From NCBI RefSeq assembly GCF_000485595.1, contig NW_014577076.1, positions 1,230,633-1,260,746 on the forward strand: DNA of 30,114 bases, in the 5' to 3' direction. Shown in pieces: positions 12,944 through 24,477 of the stretch. The position numbers were made by a program, and so were the translations under genes. The stretch is from Priapulus caudatus (lineage: Eukaryota). The first letter of the stretch is position 1, and every line of letters begins with the position of its first letter. Under the pieces are notes generated by a model. The model did not search any database. It had not been told where the DNA came from and saw only the letters and a program-made list of their open reading frames with translations.

Positions 12944-13808
12944 CAGGAGTAAGATAATATAGGAGGAGTATGACAGGCCAACGCTAATTTAGATGTAATT
13001 TTTATCGAGTTGCGCGTAATATATCATCGGTAAAATTAGGCAAGCAAATGTTGAATTTCTCGTGTTTTGGAATATATACGTGTATAGTATATATATGTGT
13101 GTATATATATATATAGTATTATATGTGTGTATATATATATATAGGATAATATATATAGTGTGTATGATATAATATAGGATATAATATTTATCCTATATTA
13201 TCTTACTCCTGCCGCCAACAGGTGGCATTCTTTAAACACACAAGAGACCATTCCTCACAGAGATAGCAACTGTTTGAAACGTCAGGGAAGCTGAGCCCCC
13301 AGCATAGTAAAACGCTATGAACCATGTGTGACGTTCAAAGCTATATCTCCATAAAAAGAAGAGGCAGGGAAACAAAGTAAAGTTTGAGTGTGAGGTGGAT
13401 TATACACACACATATATACACACTATATATATATACACACATATACTATATTATCCTATATTATATAATATCCTATATTATCTTACTCTTGCCGCCAACA
13501 GGTGGCATTCTTTAAACAGACAAGAGACCATTCCTCACAGAGATAGCAAATGTTTGAAACCTCAGGGAAGCTAAGCCCCAGCCTAGTAAAACGCTATGAA
13601 CCATGTGTGACGTTCAAAGCTATATCTCCATAAAAAGAAGAGGCATGGAAACAAAGTAAAGTTTGAGTGTGAGGTGGATGTCCAACGCTAATTTAGATGT
13701 AATTTTTATCGAGTTGCACGTAATATATCATCGGTCAAATTAGGCAAGCACATGTTGAATTTCTCGTGTTTTGGAGTGTCATACTCCTCCTATATTATCT
13801 TACTCCTG
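12944..13808. mobile_element. Rearranged copy of the foldback element
   Basis: Same termini and TSD gttgtat. The left arm is present as two inverted pieces (12978-13071 and 13072-13400). Confidence 0.85.
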
Positions 13809-14279
13809 GTTGTATCACGCGTGTGTGTAGGTAGTAGATACAGCGCAGCAAGCTTGCAATGGCACCGAGATAGCTGCCGGAGGTAGATCGCTATACGCAC
13901 GCAGCGACAAGCAGTGCGGCAAGGCAGCTATAGCGGTAGCGCGCATATATATATGCATGTTGATAGAGCAGAGATGGCTTCTTGCGTGGCAACGAGGTAG
14001 CTCCCGAGAGACACTTCGTTACGCTCGAACATTCAGGAGGTTTAATAGTTTTCTAAGTACCATGTATTTGCGCAGTGACATGCCTGTATTGTTTGTCTTT
14101 CCCCGCACGTTAGCACGTGCGCACAGCTATAATGAACGACATGTAAATGAACAGGACAGACATGAGAGTAAACATAATACGAATGCAATTCCATATTAAT
14201 ATTAATATGAAATGCATAATATAGAACTAGAGAGAAGTACCTAGATAGAGAGAAGAGAAAGCGAAAGAGAGAGAGATAG

Positions 14280-14328
<49 letters not shown>

Positions 14329-14666
14329 CAGGAGAAAGAGTGTGTGTATGCGTGTGTGGGGGGGGGGCAGAGAGAGAAAGAGCGAGAGAGACGGATATAT
14401 TATATTAGCACTCTCAACGTTATATGAGCTCATGATATTACGTGCTCTAATTGGGTCCTGAATAAGCCATCATGTGCCGCAAGCACCTGATGCTGTTTCC
14501 CTATGAACAGAGAACACAATGACGATTCAAAGAATATTAAGAACGGCTAGCAAGACATGATCCAATTAGTCTTACGGTAACAACGCGATAAACGAGTGTA
14601 CAGCTTCCTCTGCGCACCGATTACCCTGCCACTATCTAATCACGGGAGAGGCTGTTGTTACAGGAC

Positions 14667-14923
14667 TCACACAACGCGCACGCACGCACACACACAACGC
14701 GCACGCACGCACACACGCCACGCGCACGCACGCACACATGCCACGCGCACGCACGCACACACGCCACGCGCACGCATGCACACACGCCACGCGCACGCAC
14801 GCACACACGCCACGCGCACGCATGCACACACACCACGCCCACGCACGCCACGCGCACGCATGTACACACGCCACGCGCACGCACGCACACACGCCACGCG
14901 CACGCATGTACACACGCATGCAC
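14667..14923. repeat. ~22-bp minisatellite (ACACACGCCACGCGCACGCACG-like)
   Basis: Directly visible tandem units. Confidence 0.92.
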
Positions 14924-16170
14924 AAGTGGCTTGATATCGGTGGAGCGAGTGAATGCTGAACAGCTCGGTCAACCAGGAGAGTCATCAATTCTTATTGCAA
15001 CAGAAAGCAAATCCGTTTATTCTTTACGTTCCATTAATTATTGAAACTCTATTAAAAGACGGCGAATATGGGGGGGGGGGCTTTAAACTCCTCGAGAATA
15101 CCCATCGCTTCAACGGACGGATGAAGCCCGCCAGCCAGCCTTTTGAAATTCTTGCACAAAGCGGTCGCCTCTAACGGTCGACGGGTCAGGCTTTGGTCAC
15201 TCTGTTTACACGGCAGATCAATGTAGCTGCAGTATAACTTCCTCCTCCTGTCGCGGCCTATAGAAACTTGCACAGCTCTCCCTCGATGTTCCCTTCATCT
15301 CCCTTCCCCACTCACCCCTTCCACTCTCTCTATCCTTCACTCTCCACATCTGTCTCCCTTCTCTTTCGCGCTCTCTCTCCCTCTCAGGTTCCCTCTCTCT
15401 ATATATGTGTCCTTCCGTTCATTCACATCCCACCCTCCATTTCTTCTCCCCTTACTCTATGATTTATGAATATCTTGATCAATATTTAACATATAAATCA
15501 TTCCTGCTGGATAAACGACGTCCCCTTCCCGCCTCCATCACCCTGTTTCCGATACAATCTAAACAAAAAACGCCGTCCGCAACAACAATGCCGAGTTGCA
15601 TGTTCTTAGTTTTTTTTCGGGCGTCGTCCACGAGTCAGCATATATACGTTACCGGGTGGATCGCGCGAATGCAATGTATTGCATCTCAATTCCGAACGAA
15701 TAATTGTAGAAAATTGTATAGCCATGCTGCCTGCCTGCGCACCTGTAATTATCGGTCTCGCGACACGGTGGCTTTTGCTCGGTTGCGCCCAAACAGGACA
15801 GCCTAATACCTTCCGCCCAAGTGAAGCCATGCGGGGCACGTGCAAGCTCGGAGCGCGTCGCGCGTGCGTCGCATTGTATTCAGCGAAAGACGCGCGCGGA
15901 AATTAATTCACCGGTGAAGGCATATTTAATTAAAACCACAATAAATTGAAATCAATAATATACTTGGAAACTTGTGCAAATCGGATTACGTGCCATATAT
16001 ACGGAATCGCACCGCGTGCGTCGAGCGCACGCATGCACGCGCGCGGGGGATTAATATATACGCGTATTTCACGAGTGGCCTTGATTATTATAATATTAAC
16101 GAAATCTAATTCCAGTATCATTTCTGCTCGATATTATTAGCGCCCACGCATGCGCGTAACTGGGCTGGCC

Positions 16171-16302
16171 TGCACCGCCCACAACGTGCGTGTAAATGAT
16201 CAGCTGGGATGCACCGCCTATAGCGTGCGTGTAAGTCATCAGCTAGGATGCACCGTCTATAACGTGCGTGTAAGTCATCAGCTAGGATGCACCGTCTATA
16301 AC
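16171..16302. repeat. 39-bp tandem repeat running into the N-gap
   Basis: Unit AACGTGCGTGTAAGTCATCAGCTAGGATGCACCGTCTAT, about 3.3 copies visible. Confidence 0.92.
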
Positions 16303-16312
16303 NNNNNNNNNN
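16303..16312. other. Assembly gap (10 N)
   Basis: N run. Confidence 1.
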
Positions 16313-16328
16313 TATTATATATATGGTA

Positions 16329-16365
<37 letters not shown>

Positions 16366-18351
16366 TATATTACGGTAATATACTAGTATAATAGTGCTCT
16401 TACTAGTCTATGGTATAATGCAAGAGATCAGTAAAGAATGTGGAATGAAGTAAGAAAGTAAGGAACGAGTAATAGGTATGGACCACGGGAACAACGAAGC
16501 TTACAGTACGTGGAACACCTTACTCACGAAAACACTGCAAAACGGAAACAAGCTCAGTGTTCTACACATATAATATATAGCATAAATATAGGCATATAAT
16601 ATTGTTACTAACAATCGATGATCATGCATGCTGACCCACAATAAACATGGACTAGGCATATGTATATATACGCAAGAATCTAGCTATGCATTGCGATGCC
16701 GAAGGGCTAACAGTATTAGCGTCATATATGCAATGATACATCCCACATACACCTCTACCTCCCTTCCACCCCACTGTAAAACACTCGATTGGTCTTGGCA
16801 AATCACCAATCTTACCTAATTATGGATCGCCAATCTGCCGCTAGTTCTCAAAGAGGCGCATGACCACTAATCACAGAAGTCTTATCAGCACAATTACAGC
16901 CTCAGCTCATCGCCTTACAATCGCCGCCTGATTGCCGATGCCACCGTGGGCGGTCGCCCCGCAGTCCTCACCGCCCTCCGAGCTCCGCCACGCCCGACAG
17001 CCAACCCCCCATGCAACCCACGCGCCAGCAGTACCTCTCTCGATGCAGATCTAGATCAAGTTATTCCCCCACGAGCTTCAATCGTGTTCGATTAGCGCAC
17101 GCCGCTTCACTGCATAGCAAGTGCGTCTTACATTTCTAAACGCGGTACGTACACCTGCTGGTTCCCCTGCGAACGGGGAGAGCGGCGGCCGGTGTGTGTG
17201 CGGCACGGTGTAAACGCGCCCGTGCGTGTGCGACATAGATCGCACCACAGTGGGGCCCATGCTGATGCATGCCCACGGAGCTGCGATCGCGCGTACGCGG
17301 CCGCCTCGCGTCACTGCCTCGTGAAGCGGCGCGCATAAGCTATTGCTTTCACACGTTACAGTAGCGTCACATCCATCCACACGCCGCGGAGACATATCGG
17401 TTTGGCGTTCTCGCGTTTATTATATACGCCGAATGAGCTTAGAGCAATCCGCGGCGAGCGAAAATCCCCCACGCACTTTTCAGCGCGCGCGAAGTCATGA
17501 AGCCATTGTGTGGGAGTCAAGCCGGCTAACTTGCGCGGGCGAGTCAGATAGGAAAGATTCTGTGGAAGTAACGAGCGGCATTTACCGTACGACGAGCATC
17601 GCCGACGCAAGCATGTGGTCGTGCGCACACGCACGCACCAAGGCACGCACGAACGCACATACATACATTACATACATGCACGCCCTCACACAGGTATAGT
17701 GTGAGTTACAGCGCCGGTGAAGCACCCGGTTTCAGCAGTCGCGTGCGATTTTGCTCCGACATTCACGACACTCACACTGTGCGTATATCGCCAATCCATC
17801 ACGATCGTTGCACCTGCGGCTGAACTCATAACTGATACGAGAAGCACCTATCATTAAAATCCGGAAGGTAGTCGTAGTAGCAATCTTACTGCCTTAACCG
17901 CGGGAAAACCTACGAATCGTAACATCGCATACGAGCGCAATAAGGTAGAACACTGATCTATATACCGTCTACTCTACGATCCGGATTAAATGGGAGATGA
18001 GATCGATTGTGAATAACATCGAGGCAATATATCGGTGACAACATCGTAAAGTTTAGACCCCATGAGAAGGAGCAAATTTTTGCGAGGCCCTGCCTGCTGC
18101 AGGCCCCAATATCGCATATACACATGCAACCAATGTGCGTATGTGCTAATGCTAGGGGCACACGAGCGATTTTTATCGCCCGATCGCGGCGATTAAAATC
18201 GCCAGCGAATTTAATCGCCCGATCACGAAGGGGCACACGTAGCGAATTTAATCGCCCGATCACGAAGGGGCACAGTGACACGTAGCGAATTTGAGAGCGT
18301 ACGCGTATGCCACTCGACAGAATTGTCCATCGATCATGTGATCGGTACAAA

Positions 18352-18519
18352 ATGGCGAACCGCCGAAAAAAGGTTGTTGCTGTTGTTAGTGCTGTTTATT
18401 TGCTTCTAAAAAGAAACAAAAGGGCTCGTTGGGCGAATCGAAATTCGTGGTCCAGGAGTTGGATAATGCGTCGGAAAGGTAGAGGGGTCTACTCGAATTT
18501 AGTAAAAGAACTGGAAACA
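18352..18519 (+). pseudogene. N-terminal fragment of Harbinger transposase
   Basis: MANRRKKVVAVVSAVYLLLKRNKRARWANRNSWSRSWIMRRKGRGVYSNLVKELE matches the WxRxWxxRRxxxGxYxxLxxEL pattern I recognise from animal Harbinger transposase N-termini. It is truncated before the DDE core. Confidence 0.75.
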
Positions 18520-18686
18520 TTCATTGCAAGTCTCAGCGCTATTTCTGTAATAGCGACCTCCTTCGCTACACGATCCCGGTATTCAGGGATCGTAATGTCA
18601 AAAAGGCATGACCTTTCCGACCACAGAAATACCAATTCGCCTTCCTTTTCGCGAGTCCACACTTCTACAGTATTGGAGGCAGCCAT
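18520..18686 (-). pseudogene. N-terminal fragment of MADF (Myb/SANT-like) DNA-binding protein, Harbinger second ORF
   Basis: MAASNTVEVWTREKEGELVFLWSERSCLFDITIPEYRDRVAKEVAITEIALRL fits the MADF pattern (W..E...L..LW.....L.D.....Y.DR..K..A..EIA..L). Confidence 0.8.
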
Positions 18687-18964
18687 TTTAACATCACATG
18701 ATATCAACAACACGTCCGATTGGTCTAGAAAAATCGATCGGGCGACAAAATACGCCGGTCACGGGCACACGAGCGATAATAATCGAAAATATCTAACATT
18801 TTGGATACGGGCGATTCGATCGGGCGATTAAAATCGGCGTCGACGTGAACGGGCACACGGGCGAATTTTTCGAGCGATTTTAGAATTCGCGGCGATCGGG
18901 CGATAAAAATCGCTCGTGTGCCCCTACCTTAACCGCTTTAAGCAGGGACAATACAAATAAAAGT

Positions 18965-19753
18965 AAAAATGAAAGTGTCAATGACACTGTAGCTCACCAC
19001 AAAAAAAGACACAAATGAGTGAGTAAGAAGAAGTCAGTTTTAATTGAGCAACCATCGACGTACATTATAGAAACGATTGCCATCTGTATATCGCAATAAT
19101 AATTTATAAACCAAAATGAATCACAATTTGTGACCGTAGATGGCGCTATACCCGCTTTGTAGCGATGGCGTTTGAAATAAATAGGTTATGCTGCGTTCCG
19201 ACATGTTTTGTAAAACTTTACTCTAATATAGACGTTTTATCAGCAGGGTGGAGAGGAAATACCAATTTTGCATTAAAGATATTGTCAATGAAATCTTGTA
19301 AAACGAACCAGATGAGTGTGACACCACAGACTGTTTGTGTCTATATAATATGCTATTTAATTGCCAAACCCTACCTAATTTGCATAATTTTTTTTTAAAT
19401 ATCAAAACCCCTAGCCCTTATTCATTCACATACCAAAAATGAGCAAAATCCGTTGAACATGAACTGACTAATGGCAATTCCCATTTTTGCCAAAAAATTG
19501 CCGTGACTCGAAAGTACGTCGACTGGCGTGCTTCAAAATAGGTCGTTTAATATGGGAGCATAGCAGTAACAACTATACCCAATTTTAAACATGTGGGCCG
19601 AACGGTTCCTGAGTTATCGTTGACCGTAGCGAAATGTTGACGGACGGACGGACGGACGGACGGACGGACGGACGGACGGACGGACGGACGGACGTACGAC
19701 GGACGACGACCCATGGCAATAGCTCAGCTTGACGATGTCAAGGTGAGCTAATA
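18965..19753 (-). mobile_element. Helentron-associated non-autonomous element (HINE/DINE-1-like)
   Basis: Read on the minus strand: 5' stem-loop TAGCTCACCTTGAC-atc-GTCAAGCTGAGCTA, then (GTCC)n, a 3' subterminal inverted repeat GGTGAGCTA (18990-18998), hairpin AGTGTCA-T-TGACACT (18974-18988) and a T-rich end. No TSD. Confidence 0.8.
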
Positions 19754-20519
19754 ATACATATAAATAGTACAAATAACAGAAATGCACTGCCTAATCGTAA
19801 CTCTAACTAAATGTCCGTGGAATATTTTTCCACTTTTTACAACGCAGTCGAACAATAATTTTCTTATCGTCGACTTTGTTACGCCACATTTTAATAGATC
19901 CTATTGCTAAAACATCGTAACGCTGAAACCGACTGCCATAACTGCTTTTGGATGCGTGATGTACAAGTAACATCTACCCCCAGGCTCTAACCACACTCTG
20001 CTCTCACGGGATATATAGAATCCACCCATCTTAACCTTCAAATCTGTTTAGAGGCGAGCAGCAGATGATTATTAATACGCACGTTTTCACGCAACTTCGG
20101 AAGGACTCAATGTGTCTGCTGTGAATATTACGCCGATGATTTACCCGGGCGTGTTCACTACCATTATTCGCACATGAGCATGATAGCAGTGAATGCGCGG
20201 ATGCAACCTGAGCTCATGTATGTGACCACTACGCAGAGGGAAGGCCACTATATACTATATGTGTACATTGACTACATTCACATCCTGGTACGATTACAAA
20301 CGATTACGAACACAGGCAAATCACTTCACATATGCCATATAAAATAGCCCATAACATCATGCCTAGTGGGAATACAAAATAGTCTACCGAGAGGCCAGAA
20401 ACAAATATGTTTCGATTTCAAGTCAACTTTCATGTTCAAGCTTAGTTCCAGGTCTTAACCTGGGTGTAGTACAACGAAATATTTTGTGGTTTTGGTCAAG
20501 TAATTTTTTTACAGATATA

Positions 20520-20691
20520 GCACACACGCACACGCACACGCGCACGCGCACACACGCGCGCGCGCTCACGCACGCGCACACGCACACGCACACGCACACG
20601 CACACGCACACGCACACGCACACGCACACGCACACGCACACGCACACGCACACGCACACGCACACGCACACACACATATATATATATATAT
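20520..20691. repeat. (CACACG)n followed by (TA)n
   Basis: Directly visible. Confidence 0.95.
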
Positions 20692-20729
20692 CAGGAGTAG
20701 ATAATATGTAGTATGTAGATGCATGTAAT

Positions 20730-20776
20730 CAAGAGTACATAATGCGAGTGCATAAATCTCCCATTATGTACTCTTG
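20730..20776. mobile_element. 47-bp CAAGAG palindrome, same class as 3872
   Basis: CAAGAGTACATAATGCGAG-9 nt-CTCCCATTATGTACTCTTG, one mismatch in 19. Left flank is atgtaat and right flank is (AT)n, so no clean TSD. Confidence 0.65.
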
Positions 20777-21169
20777 ATATATATATATATATATAACAGC
20801 TTACAACTGAACTTCAATATGAACGTTAAAGGAATCATTACATATGCATAACCTACGCAGCCGCTGCTGATCAGAGGACATATCTATAGACGGTCACAAT
20901 ACCTGTCACATCCAGCAATGGCGATTGGAGCAGATCAGCCTAGGATGGTTGGACTCATGCTGACAGTCTGTCACATGTTGAACTAGAGCCACAGCGCTAC
21001 AGTGCTCATCTAACACTCGCCAAACGTGACCCAGTGCTTGGCGAGCAGTCACTACTAGAGCCAAAACGCACGAGCGCTTCTTTCCGTCGAAAAACGACTT
21101 TCATAAGGCGCAGCAATATCTATCAGGCGCAATGCGAATTTTACAAGACCCAGGAGTTATCGCACAGGT

Positions 21170-22237
21170 CACAGGCACTTGGAGCGTTTCAATAAAATAC
21201 AATGCTAAATAAACACGATATCTATTTACTACCAAAGTCTCAATGTTTCTCTACTCTCTATTGCTGACAATTTCCTGTAAGTGCCGTCCAAATGCTCATC
21301 TGCAACACACGCTGGCCGCAGCACGCTAGCTGCTGCACACCGACACATAAATATATAAAAAATAAATACACAACACTAGTATTATTTATAGTGTCAGTGT
21401 GAGGGCAGCTAGCGTCGCTGTGCCGGCAGCGTGATGTGCAGATGAGGNNNNNNNNNNNNNNNNNNNNNNNNNNNNNNNNNNNNNNNNNNNNNNNNNNNNN
21501 NNNNNNNNNNNNNNNNNNNNNNNNNNNNNNNNNNNNNNNNNNNNNNNNNNNNNNNNNNNNNNNNNNNNNNNNNNNNNNNNNNNNNNNNNNNNNNNNNNNN
21601 NNNNNNNNNNNNNNNNNNNNNNNNNNNNNNNNNNNNNNNNNNNNNNNNNNNNNNNNNNNNNNNNNNNNNNNNNNNNNNNNNNNNNNNNNNNNNNNNNNNN
21701 NNNNNNNNNNNNNNNNNNNNNNNNNNNNNNNNNNNNNNNNNNNNNNNNNNNNNNNNNNNNNNNNNNNNNNNNNNNNNNNNNNNNNNNNNNNNNNNNNNNN
21801 NNNNNNNNNNNNNNNNNNNNNNNNNNNNNNNNNNNNNNNNNNNNNNNNNNNNNNNNNNNNNNNNNNNNNNNNNNNNNNNNNNNNNNNNNNNNNNNNNNNN
21901 NNNNNNNNNNNNNNNNNNNNNNNNNNNNNNNNNNNNNNNNNNNNNNNNNNNNNNNNNNNNNNNNNNNNNNNNNNNNNNNNNNNNNNNNNNNNNNNNNNNN
22001 NNNNNNNNNNNNNNNNNNNNNNNNNNNNNNNNNNNNNNNNNNNNNNNNNNNNNNNNNNNNNNNNNNNNNNNNNNNNNNNNNNNNNNNNNNNNNNNNNNNN
22101 NNNNNNNNNNNNNNNNNNNNNNNNNNNNNNNNNNNNNNNGGTGAAAGAGAGTATAGAGAAACATTAAGACTTTGGTAGTAAATAGATATTGTATTTATTT
22201 AGCATTATATTTTATTGAAACGCTCCAAGTGCCTGTG
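21170..22237. mobile_element. TIR DNA transposon with ~90-bp TIRs and 8-bp TSD (P- or hAT-like); interior is mostly N-gap
   Basis: gcacaggt|CACAGGCACTTGGAGCGTTTCAATAAAAT...ATTTTATTGAAACGCTCCAAGTGCCTGTG|gcacaggt. Confidence 0.85.
21448..22139. other. Assembly gap (692 N)
   Basis: N run. Confidence 1.
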
Positions 22238-22323
22238 GCACAGGTGACAGGTGGGACTTTACCCACATATACGCCATGACGCATAGTACCGTACTGCAGA
22301 ACCGTACTTACCTCCTTGCAGAA

Positions 22324-22600
22324 TGCTACCGTGGAATACATCTGGGGCCCGCTCCCGTATAACCTGCCTGCACTCCACTATTGTAGAGCCAACCACCCAC
22401 CCACGTACATTCTGCTACGGTATCACACGCCTACGTGGATTCCACCCGGCCCCTCCACCCCACTGTGTATAGCACAGCTGAAGTCTGCTACGGTGTTACA
22501 CACCCATGTTCTATTATATATACAGCGGCGTGGATTTTACCCCAGGCACCTCCGCTGCACTGTATAGCTCAGCTGAACTCTGCTACCGTGTAACACCCCC
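22324..22600. repeat. Degenerate ~70-95 bp tandem repeat
   Basis: Recurring tgctac(c/g)gt, cgtggatt and tgtatagc.cagctgaa blocks. Confidence 0.6.
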
Positions 22601-22734
22601 GGGCGACTACTGTGCATAACGCACACACGCACACATCAATATATCATTTAAGGCGCACGCACACGCTTTGCTATGCCGTGTAACACGCGCACATACGCGC
22701 ACGCACATGCACACACGTACGCACAGACGCCGAC

Positions 22735-22739
22735 GCACA

Positions 22740-22779
<40 letters not shown>

Positions 22780-22812
22780 TGCACGCACGCACACACACAC
22801 ACACACACACAC
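22735..22812. repeat. (CACG)n/(CA)n microsatellite
   Basis: Directly visible. Confidence 0.95.
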
Positions 22813-23067
22813 AAATATATGATCTGCTATATCTCGGAATGCACCTGCATGCCGGGGCGCGCTCAACCGACTGCATGCATGCAGTTCGCGACTTCAATTC
22901 GAATCCGCCTCCCGCATTAGTATCGGAGAATGCCTCGGCGCGAGCGTATATCGACGCCAACCGTGGACTCAATCCGGCTCTATATGTGTACTACTTGTAA
23001 AAAGGGCAATCGGCGATATAAGTATTTGCTCTGTCGAAAATATATCGCTAGTAGCTTCACGTGGCGG

Positions 23068-23882
23068 CAGCCACAGCCGCCAACTCCCACAGCCGCCAAC
23101 TCCCACAGCCACCAACTACCACAGCCACCAACTACCATAGGCACCAACTCCCACAGCCACCAACTACCATATAGGCACCAACTACCACAGCCACCAACTC
23201 CCACAGCCACCAACTACCATATAGGCACCAACTACCATAGGCACCAACTACCACAGCCACCAACTACCATATAGGCACCAACTACCACAGCCACCAACTA
23301 CCATAGGCACCAACTACCATAGGTACCAACTCCCACAGTAACCAACTACCATAGGCACCAACTACCATAGACACCAACTACCATATAGGCACCAACTACC
23401 ATAGGCACCAACTACCACAGCCACCAACTACCATAGCCACCAACTACCACAGCCACCAACTACCATAGGCACCAACTACCATATAGGCACCAACTACCAT
23501 AGGCACCAACTACCACAGCCACTAACTACCATAGGCACCAACTACCATAGCCACCAACTACCACAGCCACCAACTTCCATAGGCACCAACTACCATATAG
23601 GCACCAACTACCATAGGCACCAACTCCCACAGTAACCAACTACCATAGGCACCAACTACCATAGGCACCAACTCCCACAGTAACAAACTACCATAGGCAC
23701 CAACTACCATAGGCACCAACTCCCACAGCCACCAACTACCACAGCCACCAACTTCCATAGGCACCAACTTACTACCATAGGCACCAACTCCCACAGCCAC
23801 CAACTACCATAGGCACCAACTACCACAGTAACCAACTACCATAGGCACCAACTACTACAGCCACCAACTCCCACAGCCACCA
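23068..23882. repeat. 16-bp minisatellite with interspersed variant units
   Basis: CCATAGGCACCAACTA and CCACAGCCACCAACTA units plus an 18-bp CCATATAGG variant; roughly 50 units. Confidence 0.97.
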
Positions 23883-23894
23883 GCGGCATTGGTC

Positions 23895-24130
23895 CTCTGT
23901 AACATATATAGCGCTGCGTCCGTTACCAGTATAGCCATATATATTATCAAGAGCTAATAGGTTAACACCGGTATTTATTAGCTCTTCATATTATATAGAG
24001 ATTCTCTATAACATGCATAGGTATGTGCGCGGTGTCCGGTAGGAGTATGGTCAGGTATATTATACATAATATTGTCTATGACTCTATAACATACATGGCT
24101 ATGTGCGCGGTGTCCGTTACGAGTATAGCC
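23895..24130. repeat. Three degenerate ~62-78 bp tandem units
   Basis: ctct(a/g)taacat...gtccg(t/g)ta..agtat at 23895, 24004 and 24082. Confidence 0.75.
23948..23987. mobile_element. 40-bp CAAGAG palindrome with 7-bp TSD
   Basis: atattat|CAAGAGCTAATA-16 nt-TATTAGCTCTTC|atattat (terminal G>C mismatch). Confidence 0.75.
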
Positions 24131-24298
24131 TTGGTTAGACAACCATTTTTTGTATAACATCAGAATATATAATAAACACGTAGTGAATAATAATAACAAC
24201 AACACATGATGCGCGTATTTAGTATTCCCGATAGCATGAAATATCAATGCGTGTGGCATCATCTACGAGTTGGCCAGCAGTCAACCGCGACCTCTTAC

Positions 24299-24477
24299 GT
24301 GTCTGGCAGCGACAGACCGACAAGATTAGAGTCTAAATGAAGTACACGCGAAGCTGCGCCGTGTGCGTGTGCGATGCTACGATCAGATTCGGAGTCAGCA
24401 GCCACCGGGGGCTCGCGTCGCTCGCGTCTCTGGCCACCAAGACCGCTGCTGCCGCCGCCGCTACATACCACAGCCAT
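24299..24477 (-). CDS. Possible alternative first exon (MAVVCSGGGSSGLGGQRRERREPP...LSLPD-T)
   Basis: ATG in a GC/CCG-rich island, open for 59 codons plus 2 nt to donor AC|GTAAGA (phase 2, compatible with the polyQ exon). Weakened by an upstream out-of-frame ATG created by a 37-bp duplication. Confidence 0.3.

Larger units (their letters stand above)
8463..14320 (+). repeat. Copy 2 of ~5.84 kb tandem duplication (likely alternative haplotype)
   Basis: Begins right after the 10-N gap inside the CAG tract and runs to the GA tract near 14270-14320. The ORF translations are repeated almost identically. Confidence 0.95.
18150..18929. mobile_element. Internally deleted PIF/Harbinger transposon
   Basis: TAA TSD (18147-18149 and 18930-18932). 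TIR core TAGGGGCACACGAGCGATTTTTATCGCCCGATCGC is inverted at the right end. Subterminal GGGCACAC/ATCGCCCGAT repeats and convergent transposase-like and MADF-like fragments are present. Confidence 0.9.

Noticed and set aside
16171..16302. 39-bp repeats as a CRISPR array
   Set aside because: Head-to-tail units without unique spacers, eukaryotic context and no cas genes.
18307..18831. 174-aa ORF as an intact gene
   Set aside because: Chimera of a transposase N-terminus and antisense MADF sequence created by deletion.
21409..22167. Long ORFs of 243-251 aa
   Set aside because: They consist of the N-gap.
23068..23882. CRISPR-like array or repetitive protein gene
   Set aside because: No spacers; the 16/18-bp units break the reading frame.
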